The position numbers and the translations under genes are program-made. A DNA stretch of 61,422 nt, counting the filler, from Sphacelaria rigidula (taxonomy: Eukaryota), in the NCBI GenBank assembly GCA_964200075.2. It is 4 parts of 4 records of this genome, joined end to end, with 100 filler letters (N's around TTAATTAATTAA, not from the genome) between each part and the next. Parts side by side here need not be neighbours in the genome. Positions count along the whole stretch, not along the records: positions 1 to 15,282 come from CAXNAA020001824.1; 3 more parts are not named here. One strand, written 5' to 3'. This document shows positions 1 to 14,010 of this stretch, in pieces. The notes beneath the pieces were generated by a model that worked only from the letters and a program-made list of their open reading frames with translations, searched no databases and was not told the origin of the DNA. Positions within the stretch are counted from its first letter, which is position 1. Every line of letters starts with the position of its first letter.

Positions 1-653
1 GCATCTGAATCAGATGTCCAGTACGAATGTACCGCGCAGATATCGGAACGGTTTTTTAATGTGAAGACAACAACCACAACCCCCCCCCCCCTCCCCCTCC
101 AAAACAAAAATGGAGAAAAGCGCTCGAGGCGAGGAAGGAGAGGAGGAGAACTGCCAAGTCTGGGATTGAATGAACGAATCCTACCCCATGGTGGGTCTCG
201 GAAGGATCAATTCGCAAGCCACGGGACACACGGTTGCTTTTTCACGTGTCAAGCGTCAAATTTGCACGAAAAAGAGAAAATAAAAAAACTTTGCACTCAA
301 AATTAGGCATGGAGTCACAATCACGAAAAATTAACTACTTTGCGTCGTAGTCAAGAGTCTCAAAGCACGGAAAAGGCTGAGAGTATTTGTAGCCAAAATA
401 AGGAAACGAACGTGCTCAGGCACAAGATGCTGTTTTTCTTTCAAAAGCTGTGTGTTTTAAACGTGCTGTACGTATTGCGTAGAACGACTATCTCTTAAGA
501 TGCACGTACAGTACATGCAGGTATTCTTGAAAGCGCCTTTCAAAACATGTCTAGTCAAGCCAATATGTATAAAAGATACTGAGGATATCTATGCAGTGCG
601 CTACGATACGTTTGAATCTTCTGAGCGCCCATGATAGTTTATTCCCAGTTTAT

Positions 654-1370
654 TGACAGCCCCGGAGTTTAGGGGTGACCGTTGCGAGGTAAATGCGCCA
701 CCCCCTCCTTCATCCACCCCACGAGACTGTCATGTGAATCCTATCAGAGTTCGCGTCAGCTCTGTCGTATCCTACCTACCCCTACCCTGCAATAGGGGGG
801 TAGTCAAGGAAGGGCAGGGGGAATTGAAAATTGATCGATACTAGGGAATGACATATATAACGCAGGTGAAAATGGAGGCTAGTTGGGCGTGGGCGCCTAC
901 AGGAGTTCATCAAAAAGTTGGCATTTGTAATCGATCGATTGCCTTGCAGCAGCCTCGCTCCATGATTGTGATGGTGGCAAGCGTCACCCGTGATTGAAGC
1001 ATGACTCTGTCGGGTGTGCTGCCAGCTCAGTAAGAGCACGGTTGCTGTATCCTCTACACGTCCTGTTTCCGCTGTGTTTGGTGTTCATTCGTCTGCTGTC
1101 GATTCCCACTTGTAGTGAGTTGTTTGCCCTCCCGCTTTCTGCTTGTCTTTAACTATGTCCATGCCTATATATTTGTCTCTGTCTTTACTCTTGTAGCTGT
1201 CTCCGTTTTAGCCATTGTTTCTCGGTTTACATATTTTGATTGTTATATGAATATAGGTGTCCATATTCCCTTTCCTCTAGCGAGCGTTACCGTTTTGTTT
1301 ATCTCGGGTACACCCAACTTGTGGATAATGACCACACCTAGGTCCCTCGGGGGTTAGTTAATGTGCGACA
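654..1370. mobile_element. Possible solo LTR or interspersed repeat
   Basis: Non-coding block from TGACAG to TGCGACA (TG..CA). The flanks TTTAT/ATCAT match poorly as a TSD and there is no second copy in the window. Confidence 0.2.
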
Positions 1371-1774
1371 ATCATTCAAAATCAGTCAATGGGTGTCTCG
1401 TCCCACATTTCTAGGTAGGCATTCTCTCGTTCAGAACCCCATGGACGCGCCCATCCAACACAAGTCCAACCAGAGGACTCGGCGGTAAGTGGGTTATTAC
1501 GAGTACGTAGAGCACGCTGAGCAAGTTTCGGTGAGCGTCATGTCTCAATTTTTGTCCCGAAAGGATCACCAATTGATCCATCAGGTGTCACATCGGTGAT
1601 CAATCTAGAAGCTGTGCAGTGTGTTTATTACCACCAAGCACGATAAACGGATTGATTTGTGAGGGTACACACTACATACACATTTTCATAATAGTTAGAC
1701 ACGGCTAACTAATCAGGGTATAACTGGCATATGGTACTCGGCACATGACACATGACACACGACGCATGACATAC

Positions 1775-1903
1775 CTCTGGCGGGGTGAAGGCGAGTCTAC
1801 GATGTCTTGGAGTGCCGATAGAACGATCTCCGACAGAGCTGTTTCCACATGTTTCGACCGTGACGAACTCATAGTCGGCAAGTGTAGTTCGGCCACCAAA
1901 GTC
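1775..1903 (-). CDS. Internal exon of unidentified minus-strand host gene (TLVAELHLPTMSSSRSKHVETALSEIVLSALQDIVDSPSPRQR)
   Basis: Pyrimidine-rich acceptor ..cctattccag| and donor AG|gtatgt. 129 nt, phase 2-2, open frame, joins in frame to the 6127-6284 exon. Confidence 0.7.
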
Positions 1904-2515
1904 CTGGAATAGGAAGAACAGCGGATAACAGCGGAAAAGCCGAATAAAGCCATACAACAAGATAGAAATAGACAAATAGACAAACAAAGAAAGAGACGGA
2001 CAGGTCAATGCATGCAGAAGGGTGACCTGAAGAAAACAGATAAGCAGTCGCAAAATGAATGTGATGGCACCTGCAATTCAAATGAAAAAAATGACGAGGC
2101 GAGGCTATCAAAACAGCACGGAGTAGTTCAAGGGCTGATACAGGCCGAGGGGGCAAAAAAATCGCCTAGGAGTACAAGAGGAAACGCCGCCTTAAAACTA
2201 TATTATACTTTTTCCAATTTTCAAATTGGTTGTTGTCTCAGGCTATTCCAGATTCGGCATTAGATTTCTGTGACAGGAAACACTGTGTTTTTTTCGGAAT
2301 ACTTTTCAAAAAACGAGGAGAACTTTTCAAAAACAAGCAGAACTTTTTGAAAAACTGCTCAAACCACGACTCCATTATATGTAGTACAGGGTACTACACT
2401 CAACACAAGACAATTCTGCAGTTGTGTATGGAGTACAGACTACTACACACAACACAAGACAACACAGTAGTTTTGTCGAGTTTGTCGCACGGTCGAAACG
2501 CGAACCGTCTACGAT

Positions 2516-2518
<3 letters not shown>

Positions 2519-2583
<65 letters not shown>
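2519..2583. repeat. Perfect (CAG)n microsatellite, about 21 units
   Basis: Uninterrupted GCA/CAG run visible directly. Confidence 0.97.
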
Positions 2584-2584
<1 letters not shown>

Positions 2585-4324
2585 CGGCGCCGGTTGGTTC
2601 AGATCCACCCCCAGCCACGTACATTCACTGGCAATAAATATGCTGCTGATACTGCTGCTGCTGCTGCTTCTCGTGCGGACGGTCCACGGCACGTGACAGC
2701 CCCCCGCATACACAAAAGATCTAGGGGGCCTAGTTTGATATTTTGCTGGCGTCGCGTCAGCGGCCCGTAAATCCCCCCCCAGAGCGGAAAACACCTTATT
2801 TGAGTACATTTGGGTTATTTGCGAGTCAGCACCACGCTCAAACGCGGAAACCAAACTAGGCGACGTAGCTTGGGTGTGTGGGAAGCGCGCGTAAGAAACC
2901 GCAGTCCAATCCCCCGCTTCGGTGTCGAGTTGTAAGCGTTGCGCGATTGGCACTTTTGGGTTGAGGATCAGTAGCGTCTTTCGAGGTCGAAGATGGCAAC
3001 TTCAAAAAAATCGGTGCGCATACTTCTTTCCCTGCCGCAAGCAAGTTGTGAAGACATGCACTTTGGTTGCGTGCCCCCAGGCGCTGCTTTGTTCTGTGCG
3101 GCTGTGCACAAAGGGCAATTTCGCCTTTCAACGGCAAGTATCCTTTCAAGTGTCGAACTACAGAGGGAGAGTTGAAAGAAGAAAGACAAAGCTGGCGGCT
3201 GCTTCACGTCAGGGCTCCATCCAGTGCAGAAGCCAAGGCGTCGAGAGCGATTTTAGCACGAGTATGTGCGTTACATCTGCTGGCGACCGCGGTCATGTAT
3301 TTAGTAACTGTCTGTATATACTACAAATAGTATTAGAACGAGATGCAAACTACGCGATCTTTGACAAGCTTCGTTTTGAGCTGCATCTTTTTTCTTGCGG
3401 CAAGCAGTGTGTGACCGGTGGCATTTTAGTTTGTGGCATGCCACCAGGTACCGCTTCGTTCTGTACGACTGTGCACAAAGGGCAAATTCGCCTTCAACAG
3501 CGAGTACCCTTCATGTATTGAGTTGCAGAGGAGAAGCCAAGGCGCCAAGAGTGATTTTGATTTCAGATTGCGCACCATGTATGCTGAACATGTTGATCTG
3601 GACAGAGAGGATCAGACCGTGCCCAAGCGGCTGACAAGATGGGATTCCTCCCACTCATGCCATGACCCTGACCCGATGGAGCCCATGAGAAATTTACTCT
3701 CCAATCCCGCAGCCATAGCTGTGTGTAGGACATGCAGCGCGTAGCCTATCCGCACAGCGTGAACCTCTTGGTCGTCAACATCATCAGCATCGTTCTCATA
3801 GTTTTCGGATGCGCGACGATGCTGCTCATGATCTCCAAATTTCCGTACTTTCTCGTTCTAGCACTATGTCAGGCACGCCTTTCACTGCAGTTACGTTGGT
3901 GTGTAGCGGCCACAACTGCTGCTGTTCGTGCCCTTGTCTTGTTATCTGCGCTATGACGGTAAACGTGGGGTGGCAGCTCGGGGGCGTGTGCTTCCCGACT
4001 GGTACAGACAAAGGCAGAACACTCGCTAGTGCAACAAGATTGTCCATCTACTGGTATGGAGCGAGCTTTCCGGAGGAACAAAATCATCTCAACACCGACC
4101 ACTCCCAGGCTTGAATAAATGTACTAGAAATATAGTTCATTTTTTATGAGACAAATCGTCATTTGTAGGTGACGCGTGTATTTTCCGTTGATATGATTCA
4201 TGGATCACCGGCGACTTCTGACGCATGTAGCGTTCAGCTTGCACTTCCCATGAACATAGTACAGAAAATCTGCAATTCCTACCCATAACTGCACTGTCTA
4301 ATTTTTGGCCGAGAACGAAACTGT

Positions 4325-5750
4325 TGTAATGCGTGAGAGGACCGCGTGCTTGGAGGACCGCGTCGGAAGTTGAACATCCCTATGATTGGGGTTAGGGTTA
4401 GGGTCAGTGTTGGGGTTAGGGTCAGGGTAGGCTTTTACTTATTATGCCAGCATAGTTTCTGGCATAGTTCTACCTTCGTAGCATAAATAGCATAGCGTTT
4501 CAGCAATTAGCATAATCGAGCATAATTTTTCACCATAGGGTTGGGTATACTGGTCTAAATGCTGGCCTGCTGTGATATTTTGGGCGGAAACTTTGCTATC
4601 ATCGACCGCAGGTCTGAAATACGTGTATGCTCTGGAACTAGACATTCAAACTGCCAGTGTGATCGATCGCAGGTCTAAAAAACGGTGCAGTACCGTTGTG
4701 GAGAGGCGAAGCAAAGGGTACCAGCGTATTGCTTGGCATGTATTCGAGGAACTTTGATGAAGGGCACCGAGGAACCGTTTGGATGTAGGATGTGAGGGAT
4801 AGGTGGGGAGCCCACGTATACATGTTTTTTACCTTGGCTTCCCACTTGTTTCTTTGTGTGTTTTGGTTCTGTACTTTGTCGGGCTTTTTTATTCTTCTCG
4901 TCTACTCCAGTATTTTTACCAATTTCTACCCCTCTGTGTGTTTCCTTTTTTGCACCTTGTTTCCTAGGTCGTACCCATCTTGCGACCTCGGCTAGATTAG
5001 AAGCGGATCGGTTCATGCGAGACAATCGGTCTAACAATCATTCATGAATTAACTGCCAGTTTTTCGTTTGTCGTGGTCCTTGTACACGAGTTCCTCGACA
5101 TGGGACAGGCGACGAGTGAACACATCATGTAATTTCGTGACTTGTCATTTTGAGTGTGATGAAATGCATCTGCATCGACCTTCGCAGGATGCACACAACA
5201 TACACTAATTGTGCCAGATCGTGATGGATATTCGAATCAGCAGGTTGCCTGCCATATGTCTTGTCTGCAGGGCAGTGGGGTGGCGGCATATAGCACAAGA
5301 TGTCGTACATGTAGTGCGCAATGATATACGATGATACGCCGTGTACGACAACAGGAAAATACTGCATCCAAGCGTCCTAATGCAGGCAGAAGTATTTCGT
5401 ACGTTAAAAAAAATGCATATAGTGATCGGTGGGTCTGTATCCGCTCGAAAATGGCATCCTTGCCGGATATCACGAGCATAATCGAGCATAAATTCCACGT
5501 TGTGAGTATGGATCGAGCGTTTTTTTTGGAAATGCGAGCATAAATCGAGCATAAATTCCGCTTTACGAGCATAATTCTTGGTGAGATTACTAGCAAAAAA
5601 AATTGACCTTACTAGCATAATAAGTAAAAGCCTAAGTCAGGGTCGTGGTAACCGCAGGGACCGGCCCGATTGGTTTTGGAAAACGTCGATGCCCAGGTGT
5701 TTCGAGCGACGGTGCGGTCCTCTAAGCACGCGGTCCTCTCACGCGGAACA
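4325..5750. mobile_element. Non-autonomous TIR element with TGT..ACA ends and 4-bp TSD CTGT (Ginger-like); hosts a nested hAT MITE
   Basis: About 31-bp IR: GCGTGAGAGGACCGCGTGCTTGGAGGACCGC (4331) vs GCGGTCCTCTAAGCACGCGGTCCTCTCACGC (about 5714-5744). CTGT at 4321-4324 and 5751-5754. Internal GGGTTA-like repeats. Confidence 0.7.
4428..5634. mobile_element. hAT-like non-autonomous element
   Basis: 20-bp TIR TAGGCTTTTACTTATTATGC / GCATAATAAGTAAAAGCCTA. 8-bp TSD GGTCAGGG/AGTCAGGG. Subterminal GAGCATAA repeats. Confidence 0.85.
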
Positions 5751-6126
5751 CTGTGACCTACGGAAAATGCCAAGGTGCTCTGGAACGGTCTCAGGTGTCA
5801 ACATCCGCTGAGCCCTCTTTTCAGGGCAAAAACGACGGAGAAGGGTCAAAAAAGCACTTTTCAACATGTTCTATATTCGTGATACATGACAAGTATAACA
5901 AGTGGCCTAACAAAGGAAAAATAAAATAGAAAATTGGAAGCGCGATTGCGAAGCAGAGCAATCTATTTGTAGGAATGGATGTTTTTGTCGCTCACTGTTA
6001 CACAGGCCCAGTCGTGGAGATACAACACGAACATTGGAGCATGCGCAGGGAAAAGTAGCAGAAAAATGGATAAGAACAGTTGTTCTCCAGCGTCTTCAGA
6101 AAGGAGAAAAACCGTTACTAGTTCAC

Positions 6127-6284
6127 CTGACGAATGCGTGTCTGGTGTCGCTGGACATCTCGCCCCACTTGGATACCACCCGGGTGATCTTGATATCCAT
6201 TGGTCCCATATCCAGATTTTTCGGCAGGGTTGGGAATGATGGAACCGCATCAGGGACGCTCGGCGTAGGGTTGAAAAGGAGGTC
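6127..6284 (-). CDS. Internal exon of unidentified minus-strand host gene (DLLFNPTPSVPDAVPSFPTLPKNLDMGPMDIKITRVVSKWGEMSSDTRHAFV)
   Basis: Acceptor ..aaacgcag| and donor AG|gtgaac. 158 nt, phase 0-2, compatible with exon 1775-1903. Confidence 0.65.
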
Positions 6285-6664
6285 CTGCGTTTATGTAACA
6301 CACGTTTTTGTCACACGAAACAATCCGGAGGGAGGGGGAGGGCGACGGGGGGTGGACCAAGGTGTGACCAGACACAAACGAAGGTGAACGAACGAGAAAA
6401 GCAGAAAGTCGCAAAATACGAAAAAAAAAATGACCTCTTGACTTGATTTAATTTGGTTCGGTTCGATTTGGTTCGGTTCGACTTGACCCGATTGGTTCTT
6501 GCGCATTAACCATGAGCTGATCCGCGACGGATTTATCCGTTGTCACATGGTCTATGTCCCCCAAGGAAAAATGAACGGAAAATAACCATTGTGGATACAA
6601 GCTAGCTCGTGTACAAGCGAGACAACAACAGTAGAGAAGGAAAAGGAAAACAATACAATCGTAC

Positions 6665-6770
6665 AAGTGGTAGATTGCAGTCCTGGGCAGCAGCAGCTTG
6701 GGAGACGGTGATCATGGCGGGGGACTGAGTCGCGCTCGATGTGGGCTTGATTGAGAGCGCAGGCCCGCCT
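6665..6770 (-). CDS. Possible upstream exon of the same gene (GGPALSIKPTSSATQSPAMITVSQAAAAQDCNLPL)
   Basis: Open frame ending in phase 0 at donor CTT|gtacga, matching the next exon. The acceptor (taag) is weak. Confidence 0.35.
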
Positions 6771-9700
6771 CTTACACAAAACGGGCAACGTCATTTTCAA
6801 CAGAACGAACGAAAAACATCCGAAATGCCTCAGGGGTCTTGTTCGAGCAATGCTACGGGAGGGGTGCACTTTTTAACCAAAACGTTTTCTGGTTCAGGGG
6901 CTCCTAACGGTCCCAGATGCATAACAATATGGGTCAGGGCATCCCCGTTTACAAATTCATTCGGGACACCCCTAGCACATTGGAATACGTAGTAATCCTG
7001 GCGTACTCTCACATATTTCATAATTCGTGTTTTGGATGAGATGAAGGGCTCCTAGTGGTTCTGACCTCGGAAATTTGTTGTGCACCCCTACAGTAGCATC
7101 ACTCGCGTAACTAACGAGGCATTTAGTTTTCATGTTTTGTATTTTTTTTCCCGAAAAATTGGATGTTTTTTCTGATTTCTCCGCACAACAAACTGTTAGA
7201 GGAAAAATCTGCCGCTACATTTTCCGATAAATCTGTAGTGAATGCCAACCCTTTAATCCCCAAGGTGGGTAATCTGTTGAATCGGCATCCTTTTCGCTCG
7301 AAAGAATACTGCGTGACCCAGATTACCTACCCTGGCGGTCGAGGGGCAAAATTGATCTATTACCCGACCTTGCTAGGAGATCTGCTCTCACAGTTTTCAC
7401 GGAAACCGTTTGTTTTCTCGAAAAATTCGGAGACTTTCGGGGGAAACTAGACCAGTGAGCTATACACAAACACTCTCAAGTCTGAGGGTACTCAACTGCC
7501 TATCCTGGTTCGCAGTGTGCATACATGCACAACAGACTCTGCTGATTAACGTTGGTGATCAATCCCAAGCACCCACCACCACAAGAAACATGCTTCACTG
7601 ACATCATTTCGGAACATTAATGACCGTGTCGGAACAATTCATTTTTTTGTTGGAATGATTCCGGTCATTTTTACGGAACAATTCCAGGGCGCGAGAGAAG
7701 CGGTCCGTGACCCGTCGCTGGCTTTCGAGTAATATACCAGTACAAGATGAAACGGGAATATCAATAACCAGCGTGGTGTCGTGTCTTCAATCCAACCGAA
7801 CCACAATGAGGGCAATCATCCATCACATCACAAAAACACCACAAACAGATCAGGCGTTTCACGTGCATAATGTCGTCGCCATACGGAAGGGAATGTTATC
7901 GTCGTCTCTTGTAGACCTTTTTATTTGTCACACTTTGAACCCTAACCCCTCCCCTTCCTCGGGACAAGTCCGCGGTCACAAGACATCAACCCATCTCTTC
8001 TCCACAATTTACCAACCTGGCCAAAGCCCTACCCGTTTGCCTTGCTGGCGGGGCCACACCCACAGCGCTGCCCCTTGGTACGGTATGCGTAGCTATGTCC
8101 TTTTCCGGCTGTACCATATGAGTCGTGAAAATCTCTGTGTATGTTTGCGTGTGATAAGAAAATTAGGTTGCCATTTATTGCTTAGCGGTACAACCTTTCA
8201 CTACTTCCCTGACGTGCACATACGGCTCTACAGCGCGTTTGTTGCACGCGGAAACCAGCTTATACACTCTGTGGTATGACCATCATCTGGGCTACAAGAG
8301 TGGATAGCGCGGAGGTGTACGGCTTGATTTGTGTGCTGGTCGTGCGGCTTGTGTACTCCTGTGTCACGTTCGCTGGCAGTGCTGCCCTGCCGTCTTCGTG
8401 CGAAACGGGAGTCCCAGTCCCCCTCCAACCAGCTCTGTACGCATCTTCACCATACTATTTCAACTCATGATATCACCAATGCGTCGTCCGTATTTCACCA
8501 CAATCAAGCTCAGCGAGTGGGGGCCAACGCTTGGCCAGGGGAGGGGGGCGTACTTATTTGTTGCTGGCCTTCGTCGTTTGATCATTGACAACGCATCCCT
8601 TTCGAGACGGAGCACCGTTCCTTCTCCTGTGGTTTGGCCAGAGGGAGCGGGCATTCTGCCCCTATGAAATGACGAATTACCTGTGAGCACCGCTAGCGCA
8701 GCATCGGCAGCACTTTCCCTACTACGCACAACATGATGGTATGGTAGACGCGTTTTCAGTGCAGAGATCCCGCCACATTGTCGTATTCCAGAACATTTCA
8801 ATTTGGTATGCCCCGCGGCGGAGAAAATCACCACCACCATCAACATCGAAACGAACGCAACCCCCTCAACGACAGCAATTATCATCATCACCCGACCACA
8901 GCACGAGCAAAAGCAACAATATTGGCAAATAAGAAGCAGCAGCAGCAACGACGACGACGGCAACAACAACAATAGCAATGAAAAACAACAAAACAAACAG
9001 CAGCAGCAGCAGCAACAGTAACACATGAGATCACCTTAGTAACCCCCTCCGTCGTGTCAGCACTGCAGTGCGGGGGGGTGGTTAGCTGCATCGTACGCAG
9101 GACCAACGCCTCACTGGGCCTCGTCTCCCCTGCACAAGAATCACTACCGAGGGCCCAAAAACGAAAAAGAGAAGAAACGGAAAAGAGCAAGCAAAAACGA
9201 GAAAAAAACAAGGATCCGAACTAACCACCACTTAATCACCGCTGCTGAATTGGAGGCCTTTTTGGAAGACGTTTCATGCGCATTTCTACACAACATCAAG
9301 ACTGAGCGCGGCAACACAGCACGCCCTTGGTGCACACACGTCTACTAACTGCCAAGTACAGTATATGGAAACAAACATACAGAAAGTTGAATGAGCATGG
9401 CGAATACATAGACCGGGCACATAGTGGGAACAGTGGGGTGTCGCAAAGACCGCAGGGCAGACAGACTGTCACAGATATGTAACGACGCATTCAAGGAGCC
9501 TAGGAAAGATGCGGTATCTCATGGCCAAAGTACAATAGAGTACCAGCCTTGCGATTGACACGAGGGAAGGGTAATAAATAAATAAAACGCAAATTAAGGG
9601 AGGGGAAAAACGGCACCCCGATGAGTTGAATGAAGACTCATCGTCGAGAGAAATATTCAGCAAAAGTAAGAGTGAAGAAAGTAAAAGAAAACAGAGGACA

Positions 9701-10848
9701 AAGAGTACTGAAGAAGCGAAGAATATAACAACAAAAAGAAGGTCCAGGATCGACTTGAACAACCACGTAAAAAGCAGAAGACAGAAAAAGGCGAAGTACC
9801 TCGAGCGTGCCCCTGGAAGGTGTCCCGCCTTGCTCGCACCGGCACCGTCACGGCTACCAGCATGACCCGCAGCATCTACCCCCGCACCCACACCCTTCGG
9901 CATGCCTACAACTAGCACTCCGCTTCCTTCCCTGGCACGACGCTTCGTCGGTCGAGACGGGCTATCCACTAGCGCAGCTGCGGGGATGTCCTCAGTACTG
10001 CTACGGCACACTTCGGGCGCTTCTTCGGGCTTCTGGTACGGTCGCCAGCGGTACCGGGGGACGGGGGCAGGCGGGAAGAGATTGCATCAATTTGCGCGAG
10101 TTCGCCCCCTAAGGGGTCTCACTCACGGCTTTCTTTTCCCCCCCGAAATCTCCGAACTTCTCGGGGTGAGGGGGGGGGGGGGAAATTCACCAATAATGTG
10201 AGAGCAGATTCGATAATCAGGCCGGGCAATCGATTACTTCATGAGTGACTACAGATTTCTCCGAAAATATAGCATCAGATTATGTTTTGAGCAATTGTTT
10301 TGGGGGGGGGAAGGGAGGTCGGACATGAATTTCAATTTTTCGGGAAAAATAATCGGAAAAAATTGGAAAAAAAATCCCGTTCCTGTGATCCATGGTTGAC
10401 ACACACTTGTGCTCGGTGTGGACACTGACGTCAGCATGCGGATTGTTAAGGGCCTCCTGAAGGTCTAAGAAGCTCGTCAGCTTGCGAATTGTAGCGCACA
10501 TGTTTTGCTCAAATCGACGCCACCAGGGAGGCATCGACTTGAACCCGCGATCCCCTCGGTGGTTCATCAGCCATTGAATCGGCACCATCTTGACTCGAAG
10601 AATGATTGTCAAGACCCGGGTGGCCCGCCCTGGCGGTCAAAGGGTTGGGCTCTGTCAACGTATAGTTCGCCTAGGGCACACCCCTGTCAGCTCTCCTTGC
10701 CCGAGGGTTGGTTGCCGGTTAGGCTTTAATTAGGGTTTGGGGTAGGAATGAGGTTAGTAGTCTGACAAAATCAAGCACAAAGTTCGTTTCAATGGTGAAT
10801 TTCAGGTGAGAAACCAGGGGTAACGCCGTTGAGGGAAGGGGAACGGGA

Positions 10849-11000
10849 GGGAGCGTACTCATTTGTTGCTTGCCTTAGTCGATCGACCATTGACCGCGCA
10901 TCGCTTTCGAGACGGAACGGGACCGGGGGGGGGAGGGGGTACTCATTTATTGCTTGCCTTAGTCGTTGACCATTGACCACGGATCCCTTTCGGGACGGGC
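10849..11000. repeat. Two tandem copies of an about 75-bp motif also present at about 8545-8615
   Basis: GTACTCATTT(G/A)TTGCTTGCCTTAGTCG..CATTGAC..CTTTCG(A/G)GACGG seen three times. Confidence 0.75.
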
Positions 11001-11149
11001 AATTGATTGCCGCACATGAACAGATCCCCGAGGGTCCTACTGATGTTGTGGTTATTATACGTAAGATGGACGTACCCAAGGTGAACATAACAGAAACATT
11101 CGCTAACTGTAGAAAGAGAAGTGGCAAAAATAATGAACATGTTAAACGA

Positions 11150-14010
11150 AAAAATACACGAAAGGCGTGGAAAAAAGGTAATGACTCCTACGAAGAGGTT
11201 GAGCCAGATATTTGACGTGTGTGTCGGTTATGAAACTGTGTTACATGTGATGAATAGAAGACGGAAGATCTGGCATGAGTGTCGCATGATAGGTATTAAG
11301 GAACGCGAACGTTGAGAGCACGGAATGTTGGATGAAACACACTGAATTTGGTTCCACGTATGAAAAGTGTGAAGAACGCGGAAGACCTGAATGTGTCACA
11401 AAAAATGCGTTCTGAAAAAATAAAAAGAAAAGCTGAAACATGGAGAAAAAAGTGGATTCGTTCTCCAAAAGTAGGAGTTTGCTCAGAATTCGATATTTTC
11501 TTTACGGAAGAGCAACATTATTATGTACAACCGTTGGTTGAAATTCGCTCCAATATAAACCTATACAACATTCGACGTTTCACGAAAAAAGCCATAGTAC
11601 TGAGGTAAGCAAAAAGGACGCGACTTCATATATATGTGCCAGGACAAAAACAGAAAAACTCGGCTCCAAAATTCACCGAACCACAGCAAATCGGTTGTTA
11701 GATTCACCGAACCCCGAACCCCGCGAAATCGAATCTAAGGAACACAGAAAGGCCAACGACAAAAGCAACGAAAAATGTATACACGTTCTAAAATTTACCC
11801 CAAGTCAGAGACAGCCTGGCGGGAACAGACAAAAAAAATTGATGGTCCGACCGAACCTTGTAAATAACTTGAGCAACTCGTCATTTACCAAAAAATAGAC
11901 GGCTAGGACAGGGACACTAAAATGTGGCTCCAAAATGACTCCCACCAAAAGGTTGAGCCAAAGATTGGATATCTGTATCGGTTATGAAAGTATGTTATGT
12001 GTAATGTGTAGAAGATGGAAGATCCAGCACGGGCGTACTGTTTGATCCGTTAGTTCGTGCACTTTTTTTACCCTTTCACGGCGTGTCTTAGGCCAACTTT
12101 AATGGGAGCCGTTCAAAATTCCTCTCAAAAACTGCCTTTTGGGCCCTGCTCCGTCGATTTACCCCCGAAAAGAGGGTTAGATGGATGTTGACACCTTCGA
12201 ATGACTTCCTCTACGCGTTGAGACTGTTCTAGGGCAACTTTACATTTCCCGCTGGCCGCACTTTTGTTGTTGGCCAAATGAGGCCACACACGGATGTTCA
12301 GTAACAAACGGTCAGGTGATCAAAATTTCCACCTGTGTGTTTCATCGCTTGACCGTCTTTTGTTGATCTGATACGTGCACCACATTTATGTCCCCAGAGG
12401 GTTTCAACTCAAAAACATAATAAGGGAGCGCGCGGAGAAAAATGCAACGAGGTGAAAAACAATCGTGTTCGATCGAAAACATGCGGTCAAAAGGCACGAG
12501 GCGGCACTTGACTGCTATCTTACAGACCACCACGCCAGATGACATCTGTTCACAGGACCATGCAAACCTCATTTAACTCATTCTCAGCTACCTCCGCAAT
12601 ACTGCAGCATAGCGCACGAGTTGAACCCAGGGATAGATACACTGCAGTAGTTGGTTGTGCTTTGTTTATTTTTGTCAGCGAAAACTTGACTTCGCATCTT
12701 CTCTCATGGTCGGGATCAGCGACGGAACTGCGTGGTACGGTGCGCATCCGAGTTGCGTGCACGCTAATGGACAGTGCAGGCAGCACAAAGCTGCACGTTG
12801 CTGAAGTCCTCTTCACGTCGCATTGTAAGCAGAGAGAACTGATAGTCCTGGCTTGTCTGCACTGCACGTTGCCCGCTTCTCTTCGATATCCCCCTGAACG
12901 GAACACGCACACACGCACCCAAGACACTGCTTGCAAGCAAATGCAGACAGTACAGACAGAGACAATAAAATCCGGCTCCAAAGTTCACCGAACCGCGGCA
13001 AAACGGCTGTTAAATTCACCGAACCCCGAACGCCAGGAGATCGAATGCTGGGGACACAGAAAAGCCTGCAAACAGGCAACAACAAACACAGCGCCTATGA
13101 TTGTTGTTGATTGAAATCATATTGATATGACGCACGCATATGTCGCGCTTAAGCCTATGGTGTAAGGAAATATAAAGTTAATCGCGTTACCGTTTGAACG
13201 TCATGTGTTGCACATATGTAATAAAGGCTGCGCTGGGATTGCCAAATAATAGACAACCCAGGAAGAGACGAAAAAATGCAAAAAAAACCGCGACATCAAT
13301 ATTCACCGGACTCCGAGAAATCGAAGCTAAAAACAAAGAAATGCCTGCGAAAAAAGCGCCGCGCGGTAAGCTGCAAGTTTTAGTGTTCTTGCTTACGCTC
13401 TCACTGATCGGACGCCTCAACGTGAGTGTGTTGCACACATACAGTCATGTATGGCCCAAAGAAAACTCCAGCCTGAAGGAAGCATCGACGCTTTCCTTGC
13501 TTTTTGGTGTCTTCTGCGCGTTCGTCGTGTATGCATGTAAGATTGAAGTCGTTTCAGAATCAAAACATCAGGACCACCATCATCAAGGCTCCGCATATGA
13601 CCTATTACGTGCATATTTAGGCACTGATAGCTTGGGTCAACGTGGAATCTTGCGCTCGTCCAAGGTTAGCGGTGATGGAAAATTATTGCGGTACCTGATC
13701 AACCTTATGTTATTATGTGCTTTGCACACTGCAGCCACACATATACATCGGCATCGTGCAAAGGAAACTCTAGCCCGGAGGAAACAGAGACGCTCTTCTT
13801 GCGTTATAGTGTCTCCTATGTTCATCGCGTATGCGTGTAAAGAATCAAATTTCCGTTTTTGAGAATCAAAGTGTCAGAGCCACCACCAGGGCACCGCGTA
13901 TTGCCTATTACGCGCACTTTCAGGCACTGACAGCTTGGGTCGAAGGTCGAATCTCGCCCTCGTCGAAGGTGAACGGTGATGGGAAAACATTACACTATCT
14001 CATCAAGCTT
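11150..14010. repeat. Block of diverged internal duplications, probably an old TE body
   Basis: Approximate pairs: 11180-11280 with 11935-12030, 11655-11755 with 12965-13068, and 13480-13705 with 13785-14005. Confidence 0.65.

Noticed and set aside
2230-2953. PolyA/polyS/polyL ORFs, and similar ones at 8460-9211, 38881-39495 and 41942-42294
   Set aside because: Open frames generated by trinucleotide microsatellites or antisense to the polyQ exon.
4388-4427. GGGTTA runs as telomere or interstitial telomere
   Set aside because: Short and degenerate, and where boundaries can be defined they lie within MITE cores.
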